From the NCBI GenBank assembly GCA_026396845.1, contig JAPLWC010000001.1, forward strand, positions 11,932 to 47,809: a DNA stretch of 35,878 bases. The letters run 5' to 3'. A model generated the notes under the pieces. It ran no database searches, was not told the origin of the DNA, and saw nothing but the letters and a program-made list of their open reading frames with translations. The translations under genes were made by a program, and so were the position numbers. Positions 26,358 through 35,194 of the stretch are shown piece after piece; position 1 is the stretch's first letter, and every line of letters starts with the position of its first letter. The stretch is from Candidatus Gottesmanbacteria bacterium (GTDB taxonomy: Bacteria; Patescibacteriota; Microgenomatia; UBA10105; UBA927).

Positions 26358-26842
26358 TAGACGCAGCATCAACCCTTTGGCAGTATTTGGCGCCGGATAT
26401 GCGGGCGCTTGTCCGCGACGGGGAGTTTTTGATAGAAGACAGTATCCGTCACCGGGACGTGCCGCCGACGGATTTTTCCTACCTCGTATTCCCGTTTGCC
26501 AAACTGTACGAGGGGTTTTTGAAGAAACTATTTTTGGACGCGAAGATTATTTCCGACCGCGAGTACCACAGTGATCATTTCCGCATCGGCAAGGTATTGT
26601 CCCCGAATATGGCCCGGCGGCTTGGCGACAGAAGCGCATATAGGCAAATCAGTGACCGCTACGGCGACCAACTGGCGGCCCGCCTCTGGCATACGTGGAA
26701 AGAGGGGAGAAACCTGGTCTTTCACTATTTCCCCCACAACTACCGTTCACTTTCCCGTCCGGCGGCAATCGAACTTATCAATCAACTTGTAGGCACGATG
26801 CATGAAGCAATAGAGATTCTTTTAGGCAGGAAATCCTTGTAA
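26354..26842 (+). CDS. RnlA/RNase LS-like HEPN domain protein
   Basis: DFSYLVFPFAKLYEGFLK and R-x4-H (RNLVFH); ATGA overlap with the upstream gene. Confidence 0.65.
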   Translation: MIDAASTLWQYLAPDMRALVRDGEFLIEDSIRHRDVPPTDFSYLVFPFAKLYEGFLKKLFLDAKIISDREYHSDHFRIGKVLSPNMARRLGDRSAYRQISDRYGDQLAARLWHTWKEGRNLVFHYFPHNYRSLSRPAAIELINQLVGTMHEAIEILLGRKSL

Positions 26843-26852
26843 TAAAAACCTT

Positions 26853-27986
26853 ATGGATGAGATAGCAGAAGTTACTATTCCTAAATTAGAAGGTATTACT
26901 CCGGAAATAAATAAACTTGAGGCCTTCTCCAATTTATTTCGTCGTTTGGGCGCAATTACATCCAAAAGCCGTATCCGAAATACCGAGAGTGACCGCCCCT
27001 TTTCGCTTCTTGCGAAAAGAGCTGAACTTTTTGGCCAGGCGAAAGGAGCCCTACACGAAAAAGATACTCAGAAAGTAAGAGAAGTAATTCACGAAGCACA
27101 TGGAAGAGATGAGATTGCCAAACAATACCTTACACAAGGAGAAGTGACGATAGACATGGGGGAATTAGGAAAACAGACTGCACGCTATGTGGAAGTAAAG
27201 CCGCCGGCAGAGCGTAATAAAAATCTCCCGACGATTTTTTTAGTTCCGGGAATTTCAAATGATATTGATTGTGTCGGGTGGCTTATACAGGAGTTGGCGT
27301 GGGAAGGGAGAACGGTCGTATGTGCGGGCTTTCCTGAATCCCATATGGGAAAGACAACAGAGGCATTCGCCCGTGCAGTAAAAGATTCAAAAGAATATGG
27401 TCCGCACAGTCAATTGTTTAGTTCTGAACTTAATATGCTTATTCCTGAAGGAGAAGTTGAACTATGGGGACAGTCGACAGGAGTACCAATACTTGAGCAG
27501 ATGCTGCAGAATCCAGATATCCAGGAGAGAGTAACGAATGCCGTTGGGTTGAACCCGGCAAGTTCCGTAGATCAAACCCCCACGTCACTGTACTCCGGCA
27601 TCGCAAAAGAAGCCGCTTACCTTGCGGGAGAGTTAAAAAATATGCCTAAATATACTCTCAGTGGCGGGCGAAGAGAAATAGACGGAATAACAAAAGAACA
27701 TCCGCTACAACTAAAATTTAATAAAGAGGTGATGAACACCCTTCTTGAGAGAGTGAGAACAAAAATGGATTTGTGGAAGACGGCAAGAGTCAAAGAGGGC
27801 GGTACGATAACCATTGTCTCCGGAGATAAAGATAGTATGACGAAGAGCTCTCAGGAGTTTACTGATCAAGCAAAACTTCAGTCAGAAAATCCACAAGTAA
27901 GACTTCTTCGTATTCCTGACTGTCACCATTCAACTGTGCTTATACATCCTGAGGTCGTACTCAATAAGTTGAAACCGATATCTTGA
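26853..27986 (+). CDS. Alpha/beta hydrolase
   Basis: FLVPG, GQSTG nucleophile, SGDKD acid, DCHH His. Confidence 0.75.
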   Translation: MDEIAEVTIPKLEGITPEINKLEAFSNLFRRLGAITSKSRIRNTESDRPFSLLAKRAELFGQAKGALHEKDTQKVREVIHEAHGRDEIAKQYLTQGEVTIDMGELGKQTARYVEVKPPAERNKNLPTIFLVPGISNDIDCVGWLIQELAWEGRTVVCAGFPESHMGKTTEAFARAVKDSKEYGPHSQLFSSELNMLIPEGEVELWGQSTGVPILEQMLQNPDIQERVTNAVGLNPASSVDQTPTSLYSGIAKEAAYLAGELKNMPKYTLSGGRREIDGITKEHPLQLKFNKEVMNTLLERVRTKMDLWKTARVKEGGTITIVSGDKDSMTKSSQEFTDQAKLQSENPQVRLLRIPDCHHSTVLIHPEVVLNKLKPIS

Positions 27987-28025
27987 TACTTGCACCAAAA
28001 TGAACGAGTGGGGTATTGTAAGAGT

Positions 28026-28685
28026 ATGGCTGCCAAAAAAGTAGTTACCTCAGTTTCCAGTGTTTTTCGTCTCTGGGCATGGATTCTCCTGGCATGGAGC
28101 CTCTACCGGTACTTTTTAAAACTTCCTGAGTGGGCCGATGAGTTTATCTTCAAGCCGCTCGTGTTTGTGGCACCGGTCATTTGGTACGTCCGCAACAAGG
28201 AAAAAGAAGGTCTTGCAACACTCGGGTTCACCCGGCGCAATTTTTTTACCAGTGTGTATATCGGATTGGGATTCGGCGTCGTATTTGCACTCGAAGGATT
28301 GGTCACGCATGTAATCAAATACGGAACATGGGATGTCAATCCGATTGCTGCATTTCAGCAATATGGATTTTTCCTCATTCTTCTGTCTTTGGCGACGGCA
28401 TGTACGGAAGAATTACTGTCACGCGGGTTTGTCTTTAACCGTTTATACGAGAAAACAAAAAATTTGGCGTACTCATCCGTTGTTTCTTCGGTAATGTTTG
28501 TCCTTCTCCATGTACCGATTTTGGTTACAATGACAAAGTTGCAGGGGACGACACTCGTTCTTTTCCTCGTGACGGATTTGGTGCTGGGTATTGCCAACAG
28601 CCTGCTTTACTACAATACCGGATCGCTTGTTGCCCCGATTTTGGTCCACATCTTCTGGAACATGACCGTCGCGCTCTACCTGTAA
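28026..28685 (+). CDS. CPBP (Abi/CAAX) intramembrane protease
   Basis: EELLSRG, FVLLH, HIFWN. Confidence 0.9.
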   Translation: MAAKKVVTSVSSVFRLWAWILLAWSLYRYFLKLPEWADEFIFKPLVFVAPVIWYVRNKEKEGLATLGFTRRNFFTSVYIGLGFGVVFALEGLVTHVIKYGTWDVNPIAAFQQYGFFLILLSLATACTEELLSRGFVFNRLYEKTKNLAYSSVVSSVMFVLLHVPILVTMTKLQGTTLVLFLVTDLVLGIANSLLYYNTGSLVAPILVHIFWNMTVALYL

Positions 28686-28735
28686 CCAATCACTTTTTGT
28701 TTGTATTTCCATAGTCTGTTACAATACGGAAAATT

Positions 28736-29395
28736 ATGGACGTAGAACGTCGTATTAATCCGGAACAACAATTAGAAATACTGGAAAATCTGAAGCCAAA
28801 ACTCGGAAAGTTTTTCCAAGAGATGGTATATGGGCAATGGGGATTACGGCCTGAAGATGTACGATTGGTAGATGAAGCGGGTTTTGGGTATACAGGGGTG
28901 CCTATTTACGGCCCGGAATTAACCCAAGGATGGCCACATATTGATATTGCTGTGCTGGAAGATAAGTACAAAGGCCCTCGTTCTCTCCAGTCTCACCCAA
29001 AGAAAATTATTTTTCCTATGGTGAAAGAAATGGGCATCAATAATCTTCCAGCTCTCATTGGCCAACGGTATGGTATTTCCGTTGAAGATTTGCTCAAGGG
29101 ATCTTCAGGCATCTTTTCCTTACCTACAATGGAAGTAAGCCTTGCCGGTACACCAGCCCTGGTGCCGGAGCCTGCAGCACATGTTCGCGTGTTTGCGGAG
29201 GAGACCATATTGTTTTATGAATTAAAATCCGGAGGGGAAGAAAAAATTAAGGAGTGGTTTCTGAAATTAAAACTGCTTCGAGACGCAAGCCAAACTCTTC
29301 ATAAATCAGATGTCCAGCAGGCAGCCCAAGAGGCGATTGAAAAAAGTGTTGCGCGATGGACAAACCAAAACTGGGAGTGGATGGTAGTCAACTAA
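28736..29395 (+). CDS. Hypothetical protein
   Basis: 219-aa ORF with TGtTACAAT upstream; no family recognised. Confidence 0.65.
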   Translation: MDVERRINPEQQLEILENLKPKLGKFFQEMVYGQWGLRPEDVRLVDEAGFGYTGVPIYGPELTQGWPHIDIAVLEDKYKGPRSLQSHPKKIIFPMVKEMGINNLPALIGQRYGISVEDLLKGSSGIFSLPTMEVSLAGTPALVPEPAAHVRVFAEETILFYELKSGGEEKIKEWFLKLKLLRDASQTLHKSDVQQAAQEAIEKSVARWTNQNWEWMVVN

Positions 29396-29423
29396 AACCT
29401 CAATTGTGGGGTAGGGGATCCAC

Positions 29424-29454
29424 GAAAAATCCCCCGCGGAGCGAGGGATGTTTC
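29424..29454. terminator. Hairpin between convergent genes, probable terminator
   Basis: GAAAAATCCC...GGGATGTTTC stem, T-rich downstream on +. Confidence 0.4.
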
Positions 29455-29471
29455 GGTTAAACAATTTTTTC

Positions 29472-29615
29472 TTATTTTATTCCGACTACCTGGATTGCTT
29501 GATTGATTCCCGCCGCCTGTCCGACGTAAAAACCAATGAGTCCGCCGAAAATCGCCATAACCAGAAGTATGGTGATACTCATGACGTCTAATTTCATTTT
29601 TGTTTTCTTTGCCAT
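29472..29615 (-). CDS. 47-aa single-TM protein, below the ORF-track cutoff
   Basis: GGAGGTGA SD; MAKKTKMKLDVMSITILLVMAIFGGLIGFYVGQAAGINQAIQVVGIK. Confidence 0.75.
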   Translation of the reverse strand: MAKKTKMKLDVMSITILLVMAIFGGLIGFYVGQAAGINQAIQVVGIK

Positions 29616-29679
29616 ACGTATCACCTCCCCTCCGGGTCAGAAGTACAAATTATGTATCTGTATTCATACTAGCACATCG

Positions 29680-30441
29680 TTATTGCGCAAGCCACCCGCC
29701 GTCAACATACAGGGTAGCTCCGGTTGTATAGCCTGCTTCATCTGATGCAAAATACACAACAGCAGCCGCTATTTCTTCGGGTTTGCCGGCTCGTTTTAAG
29801 GGCGCCCTGGCAAGTAACGCTTCCGCCTGTTTCGGATCTTTAAGCATTGCATCCGTCATTTCCGTCTCGATGACCCCGGGGCCTATGGCGTTGACGAGTA
29901 TTCCCATCGGTGCAAGCTCGTCGGCCAGCGCTTCTGTCATGCCCACGACGCCGCCTTTTGAGGCACAGTACGCGGCAATCCCGGGAAATCCCACGCCAAC
30001 GCCACCGGAAGCGATACTTGCGATATTCACAATCCTACCCCATTTATTTTTCATCATTTCTTTTACCGCAGCCTGAGAAACTAAATAATATCCCTTCAGA
30101 TTGGTATCCATCACTTTATTCCAGACGTCCTCCGTCATGTCGATAAACGGCGCACCATCTGCCGTACCGGCACAATTAAGGAGTATGTCGAGTTTCCCGA
30201 ATGTCGCGACAGCACTGGCAATCGCAGCATCAACCTCGCTTTTTTTTGTGACATCCATCTGGATTGCGAGAGCATCTTTACCGTGATTCTTGATTTCGGC
30301 AACAAGTGTTTGCAGGCGATCGAGCCGGCGTGCTGCAACAACTACTTTAGCTCCCTGTATTGCGAGCGCAAGGGCCGAGGCTCTTCCAATACCACTAGAA
30401 GCACCCGTTATGAATGCGACCTTGCCGGTAAGATCAAACAT
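29680..30441 (-). CDS. SDR-family oxidoreductase, FabG-like
   Basis: TGASSGIG, LNCAG, YCASK, VDGG. Confidence 0.93.
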   Translation of the reverse strand: MFDLTGKVAFITGASSGIGRASALALAIQGAKVVVAARRLDRLQTLVAEIKNHGKDALAIQMDVTKKSEVDAAIASAVATFGKLDILLNCAGTADGAPFIDMTEDVWNKVMDTNLKGYYLVSQAAVKEMMKNKWGRIVNIASIASGGVGVGFPGIAAYCASKGGVVGMTEALADELAPMGILVNAIGPGVIETEMTDAMLKDPKQAEALLARAPLKRAGKPEEIAAAVVYFASDEAGYTTGATLYVDGGWLAQ

Positions 30442-30871
30442 AGTTATTTCCTTTTTTTTCCAGACTATAGCTTTTGACCGCAAGAAAAAACAACACAAAC
30501 ATATTAACGGTTGATATGGCGCACCACATACAGATGCCCCGAATGACAAAGAGTTCCGTATAGGTAAACCACAGGGTAAAACACACTCCGAATATGGTCA
30601 TGCCGAGGATACCTTTAAGCAGATTAATATTTTTTGACGTACTGCGGGCAAATGCGAGCATTGCGATAACGGCATAACCCAATAATCCGACGGATGGCAC
30701 AGGAACTCCTAAAAGATAACTTGACGGGCTTTTGCGTACCAGCTCACAGCCCGAGGTTACGCAGATAATGCCGACTTTCCGTAAAAAACTCTGAGTGACG
30801 TAGACGGCAATCAATATTCCGACGAGTGAAAGAACAAAAATAATCCGGTTCAGAAGGACGGTTTGTTTCAT
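30434..30871 (-). CDS. Vitamin K epoxide reductase family protein
   Basis: Loop C-x4-C, GVPV, CMWC. Confidence 0.9.
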   Translation of the reverse strand: MKQTVLLNRIIFVLSLVGILIAVYVTQSFLRKVGIICVTSGCELVRKSPSSYLLGVPVPSVGLLGYAVIAMLAFARSTSKNINLLKGILGMTIFGVCFTLWFTYTELFVIRGICMWCAISTVNMFVLFFLAVKSYSLEKKGNNYV

Positions 30872-30920
30872 ATGTTTACTATATCATATCATGCATGGAA
30901 TACTAGAGAGATACATATGA

Positions 30921-31580
30921 ATGACTGCCCGTATGGATTCTAGCGTAACGAAAACACTTGAGACGTTTTTCGGTAAGTTTACGCGCCTGAAATACGGGAA
31001 AGGTGTAATTATTCTTCGGGCGGAGGATGCCCCGAGGGGCGTGATGTACCTCAAAAGAGGGTACGTGCGCCAATATATGGTGGACGAGTCAGGCACAATA
31101 CTCATGCTTCATATTTTTAAGCCAAATTCATTCTTTCCGATGACATGGGTAGTCAATGATGAGCCGAATCGGTATTATCTGGAGGCGGTGACACCGGTTG
31201 AACTCTGGCGGGCGCCCAAAAAAGCAGTCAGGGAATTTTTACACGATAACCCTTTGGTTGTTTATGATCTGGTACGACGGCTTCTTTTAGGTCTCTGTGG
31301 TTGCAGGCACCGAATTGAACATTTGGTAACGGGTACCGCGTATAAAAAGACGGTCCTTTTGCTTCTGTATTTAGCCCGTTCTCTCGGCGAAAAAGAAGTA
31401 TCGGCTATCGTTCTTCCCGTGCCAGTTACCCACTGGGAAATTGCTGCGTGGATCGGGACGACCCGGGAAACGGCGAGTTTGCAGGTGGCAATACTCAAAA
31501 AATTAGGGCTCATTCACTGCCGCCGAAGGCAACTCGTGATCCCGAGCCTTAAGAGGCTGGAAACGGAAATAGCACGGTAG
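30921..31580 (+). CDS. Crp/Fnr-family regulator
   Basis: cNMP-like domain plus HTH THWEIAAWIGTTRETAS; start could be 30933. Confidence 0.9.
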   Translation: MTARMDSSVTKTLETFFGKFTRLKYGKGVIILRAEDAPRGVMYLKRGYVRQYMVDESGTILMLHIFKPNSFFPMTWVVNDEPNRYYLEAVTPVELWRAPKKAVREFLHDNPLVVYDLVRRLLLGLCGCRHRIEHLVTGTAYKKTVLLLLYLARSLGEKEVSAIVLPVPVTHWEIAAWIGTTRETASLQVAILKKLGLIHCRRRQLVIPSLKRLETEIAR

Positions 31581-31914
31581 GGAAATCGGTAATTCTCTTT
31601 CCGGTAATTTTGATTCCTTCCATTCGCAGCATTCGTATTTTTTTGGCTATCTCGCCCCCGCAATTGGCCCCCATAAATCCGCCGATGGTGCCATCACTTG
31701 CGACCACCCGGTGGCAGGGGACCCTTCGGCTTCGCTCAGGGCAAGCTGGGTAGCTGTACGGATTATGCTTCATAAATTGACCAATCGCGTGGTATGCCTT
31801 CGTGCCCAGCGCGTCAGCGAGAGCCTTGTACGTCGTGACGCGTCCGCGGGGAACTTTTTTAAGGAGTTGGTACGTTCGTTTGGCAAGCGGTGTCAGCTCA
31901 ATAGGTTTTTTCAT
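31549..31914 (-). CDS. O6-methylguanine-DNA methyltransferase (MGMT/Ogt family)
   Basis: VPRGRVTTYKALA, PCHRVV. Confidence 0.9.
   Translation of the reverse strand: MKKPIELTPLAKRTYQLLKKVPRGRVTTYKALADALGTKAYHAIGQFMKHNPYSYPACPERSRRVPCHRVVASDGTIGGFMGANCGGEIAKKIRMLRMEGIKITGKRITDFPTVLFPFPAS
31721..31747. repeat. In-frame palindromic REP-like element, type B
   Basis: ACCCTTCG-GCTTCGC-TCAGGGCAAGCT; 24 bp encode ACPERSRR just before VPCHRV. Confidence 0.8.
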
Positions 31915-32596
31915 TTAAGTTTGTCAAAAAATGAACGGCGAGCGGAATCTGGTTATGAGATAGAAATACCGCTACAGCGCCGGCTTTGGGTAAATATAAA
32001 GCATCCCGAAGGTTTTCGGGAGAGGGGAGCGCCCCTTGAATAATGTCCCGCAATAACCACGCGGTCGGGTCACCGTGAGACATCAAAACGCCGGTTTCTC
32101 CTTGGTGAAGATGCTCAGCCATCATAACAAGCGTTTGTTTCATTCGTGCAGCGACCGCTTGCGGAGTTTCCTCGGCAAGGGAGTATACATCTCCATGTAA
32201 CTTTTCCAATTGCGCCATGGTCATGTGTTGTCTATACGGAGTCGGACTCAGTACGTCATCGAGTATATCGTTTGTTTGAACATCCGTCACTCCCAAGGTT
32301 TGGGCAAGAATTACTGCTGATTCTTTGGCTCGGGACGTTGGACTCGTCCAGATTGTTGTTACTTGAAATTTATGAGATTTAATAATCCCTGCAAGCGCTT
32401 GCATTTGTTCTTCCCCTTCTTTTGAGAGATGAACCCAATCTTTCCGGTCCATGACGCTGTCCCGGTTGTACAAAAGACCCGAGGGATTCAGAAATTTCCC
32501 ATGTCGTACGATGATAACGATGCATTTTGTGTCCTGAGGATGGACGAACACCTCTGTGTGATCATACACAGGGATACTATGTTCAACATTAAACAT
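31898..32596 (-). CDS. Histidine phosphatase family
   Basis: VRHG, TSPTSRAKES, MSHGDP. Confidence 0.85.
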   Translation of the reverse strand: MFNVEHSIPVYDHTEVFVHPQDTKCIVIIVRHGKFLNPSGLLYNRDSVMDRKDWVHLSKEGEEQMQALAGIIKSHKFQVTTIWTSPTSRAKESAVILAQTLGVTDVQTNDILDDVLSPTPYRQHMTMAQLEKLHGDVYSLAEETPQAVAARMKQTLVMMAEHLHQGETGVLMSHGDPTAWLLRDIIQGALPSPENLRDALYLPKAGAVAVFLSHNQIPLAVHFLTNLNEKTY

Positions 32597-32685
32597 GCGG
32601 AGCCTATTATATCGAAATTCTTTTTAACTGCAAGGACGCTGATAATATTTTTGTTCAATAATGTAGTTACGGCATACTCGGGTCA

Positions 32686-32719
32686 TGCTCCCCGCATTGA
32701 CGATTATCAGCGGGGAGCA
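32686..32719. other. Strong intergenic hairpin downstream of csoR
   Basis: TGCTCCCCGC...GCGGGGAGCA 10-bp perfect stem; no clear U-tract. Confidence 0.5.
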
Positions 32720-32733
32720 CCTTCACGTTGAGA

Positions 32734-33153
32734 TTATTTATTACATGTACAATCTTTGCAATCGCATGTACATTGGCCTTTTTTGCCTGCCTGCCGGTCA
32801 GGCAGGTCTTTTGGACAGGCACAAGTGCAATGTTCACACGAACAGTTTTTACAGCAACATTTGTGGGTTGGAGCAACAGTTTTATTCATAATATCCATCA
32901 CCTCCTTTACAACATCACGGGTATTTCCTTTTTTAATTTCCGTCGCAACACACGTTTGAAGATGATTTTGCATGATAATACTGTCCGTGTGTTTGAGTGC
33001 AGCCTGCACTGCTTCTGACTGATTGATAACATCGATGCAATAAGCCCCGCGTTTGACCATATCGATGACCGTGTCTAATTGTCCGTGAGCGATTTGCAGG
33101 CGGTGGAGAATGGCATGATTGACTGATTTGTCTCGCGGTATCCCTTTCGGCAT
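32734..33153 (-). CDS. csoR: CsoR-family copper-sensing repressor with a Cys-rich metallothionein-like tail
   Basis: RLQIAHGQL, YCIDV, NHLQTC (C-H-C ligands); tail has 13 Cys. Confidence 0.85.
   Translation of the reverse strand: MPKGIPRDKSVNHAILHRLQIAHGQLDTVIDMVKRGAYCIDVINQSEAVQAALKHTDSIIMQNHLQTCVATEIKKGNTRDVVKEVMDIMNKTVAPTHKCCCKNCSCEHCTCACPKDLPDRQAGKKGQCTCDCKDCTCNK
32785..32807. repeat. In-frame palindromic REP-like element, type A
   Basis: GCCTGCCTGCCGGTCAGGCAGGT; encodes LPDRQAG inside the Cys tail. Confidence 0.8.
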
Positions 33154-33156
33154 ATT

Positions 33157-33175
33157 TATCCCCCTATAGGGGATA
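33157..33175. promoter_or_regulatory. CsoR-type operator
   Basis: TATCCCCCTATAGGGGATA, a C-tract/G-tract pseudo-palindrome between divergent csoR and copper genes. Confidence 0.75.
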
Positions 33176-33225
33176 TAATATACCTGTTGCACTTGTTTGT
33201 CAAGGACCGCTACAATGGTAAATCT

Positions 33226-34236
33226 ATGACACTGATTTGGCTTGCGTTTCTGACAGGACTTACCACGGGCGGGATTTCGTGTCTCGCTGTGCAAGGGGGG
33301 CTCTTGGCGACGGCAATGAGCAAACCATCCGAAACACCGGATCCGGCAGGTAAGCCGGCAAATCGGTGGCTGCAGGTGGGTATGTTTGTGGTATTCAAGC
33401 TTGTTGCGTACACGCTCCTTGGATTTTTGCTCGGGCTTATCGGATCAACCTTAACCCTGACACCAAAAGTATTGGGATGGGTGCAGATCGGGGCCGGGCT
33501 ATTTATGATCGCAACGGCACTGCGCATGATTGATGCGCACCCTATTTTCCGGTACTTTGTGATTCGGCCCCCGCGGTGGGCATTCCGGATCATGAAAAAT
33601 ACAAGCAGGAGCCAATCCCTGTTTGCGCCTGCACTATTGGGTTTCCTTACGATCCTGTTGCCCTGCGGGGTCACCCAGGCAACCATGGCGGTAGCGGTTG
33701 CCAGCGGCAATCCTGTATCCGGAGCCGCGATTCTGTTCGCCTTCATATTAGGAACCAGCCCGGTATTTTTTGTACTTGGTGCGACGGTTGTGGAGCTTCT
33801 TCAAAAGAAAGTATTTTCGTATGCTGCCGCGGCAATTATTGCCGTATTTGCCGTGATTTCGATTAACGGGGGATTGGGGCTCACCGGTTCGCCGTATACG
33901 CTGCAAAATTACTACCGTGCAGCAACTGGTGAAGTTGGTACGGGTAATTCCGCCTCGGTTATCGGCGGTGTTCAAGATGTTTCAATAACCGTTCGAAGTA
34001 ACGGCTATACGGCTAGCGCAACTACGATAAAACGCGGTGTTCCCGTACGGCTTACGCTCGTAACGGATAACACACAGGGGTGCGTCCGGGCATTTACTAT
34101 ACCGGAATTCAATATTTCTAAAGTATTGCCGGTGACAGGAACAGAGACTTTGGAATTTACCCCGCAAAAGACCGGGAGGCTCGCGTATTCCTGCAGTATG
34201 GGCATGTATACCGGCGCATTTACTGTGGAGGATTGA
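33226..34236 (+). CDS. TauE/SafE (DsbD_2-like) membrane protein with C-terminal cupredoxin domain
   Basis: SCLAVQGG, LLPCG, GTSP; C-terminal YSCSMGMYTG. Confidence 0.85.
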   Translation: MTLIWLAFLTGLTTGGISCLAVQGGLLATAMSKPSETPDPAGKPANRWLQVGMFVVFKLVAYTLLGFLLGLIGSTLTLTPKVLGWVQIGAGLFMIATALRMIDAHPIFRYFVIRPPRWAFRIMKNTSRSQSLFAPALLGFLTILLPCGVTQATMAVAVASGNPVSGAAILFAFILGTSPVFFVLGATVVELLQKKVFSYAAAAIIAVFAVISINGGLGLTGSPYTLQNYYRAATGEVGTGNSASVIGGVQDVSITVRSNGYTASATTIKRGVPVRLTLVTDNTQGCVRAFTIPEFNISKVLPVTGTETLEFTPQKTGRLAYSCSMGMYTGAFTVED

Positions 34237-34237
34237 T

Positions 34238-34438
34238 ATGACGAAAAAAACATTCAAAATTGACGGCATGCATTGCACGAGTTGTGCGCTCATGATCGAA
34301 AGCGACTTTGAGGACGCAGGAGTCACGGCTGTGTGCAATTATGCCAAACAGACGCTGACTGTTGAGTTTGACGAGAAAAAGATCGCAGAAGTGAAGATCA
34401 CGGATGTAGTCGCGAAAGCAGGGTATCAAATCGTTTGA
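34238..34438 (+). CDS. HMA-domain copper chaperone, CopZ-like
   Basis: GMHCTSC, KAGY. Confidence 0.9.
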   Translation: MTKKTFKIDGMHCTSCALMIESDFEDAGVTAVCNYAKQTLTVEFDEKKIAEVKITDVVAKAGYQIV

Positions 34439-34823
34439 GCGCGTCTTCGTGGGACGTAAACACGATTTCTTTTTTGACCGCAGGACAGCCCCGAAGCATG
34501 CGCGAGATGCGTTTACCCTTTTCATAGAGAATATAGACCGGAATGTTATGTGTGTTGGCATATTCGATCTCAATGCCGGTACCGACAGACGAGTCGCCTA
34601 CGTAAGCAACCATAACGTCGCTTTGGGATAGTTGTTTGATGTCTTTGCGATACACATCCTGAGGTGGGACATCGGGATTGAGGATCGGGTCCGTGCCGTT
34701 TAAGAATGCCCAAAAATAATCAAAACCGTTCGCTTTGGCCACATCGGCCAGCCGGCGATAGAATGCTTTTGTGGTTTCGGGATCTTTGAGGTCGTTCAGC
34801 GGTCCGGCAAAAAATATGCGCAT
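34398..34823 (-). CDS. Nucleoside 2-deoxyribosyltransferase/DNPH1-like protein
   Basis: IFFAGP, D..QLSQSDVMVA, SVGTGIEIEYA, ISRMLRG. Confidence 0.8.
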   Translation of the reverse strand: MRIFFAGPLNDLKDPETTKAFYRRLADVAKANGFDYFWAFLNGTDPILNPDVPPQDVYRKDIKQLSQSDVMVAYVGDSSVGTGIEIEYANTHNIPVYILYEKGKRISRMLRGCPAVKKEIVFTSHEDALKRFDTLLSRLHP

Positions 34824-34870
34824 AAGAAACTTATTGTACAATAAAATTAACAATGGTACACTGGGGATCT

Positions 34871-35194
34871 ATGAAAGATATAGCGATAACCGATGCAAAT
34901 TTTGATACGGAAGTCTTAAAAAATGACAAGCCGGTACTGGTGGATTTCTGGGCGGTGTGGTGCGGTCCGTGTCAAACGCAGGGGCCGATTCTGGAGGAAG
35001 TCGCCAAGGCCATGGAAGGGAAAGCAAAAATAGGGAAGCTCAATGTGGATGAAAATTCGGAGGTATCCCAAAAATTCGGTATCATGAGCATTCCGACGCT
35101 TATGATTTTCAAAGGCGGGATGGTTGTGAAGCAGTTTATCGGCGTTCAGAGCAAAGAAACACTATTGGGGGAATTAAATAAATTAATCAACTAA
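34871..35194 (+). CDS. trxA: Thioredoxin
   Basis: VDFWAVWCGPC, SIPT. Confidence 0.97.
   Translation: MKDIAITDANFDTEVLKNDKPVLVDFWAVWCGPCQTQGPILEEVAKAMEGKAKIGKLNVDENSEVSQKFGIMSIPTLMIFKGGMVVKQFIGVQSKETLLGELNKLIN

Noticed and set aside
33343..33358. CCGGC-AGGTAA-GCCGG hairpin in the TauE loop
   Set aside because: A 5-bp stem is expected by chance
16689..33746. Long antisense ORFs such as 16689-17303, 21029-21583, 25598-26098 and 33210-33746
   Set aside because: They lie opposite well-supported genes and have no recognisable motifs
1897..34438. Convergent 3' overlaps (HAD/udk, Crp/MGMT, CopZ/NDT)
   Set aside because: Short overlaps of 32-41 bp are ordinary in compact genomes
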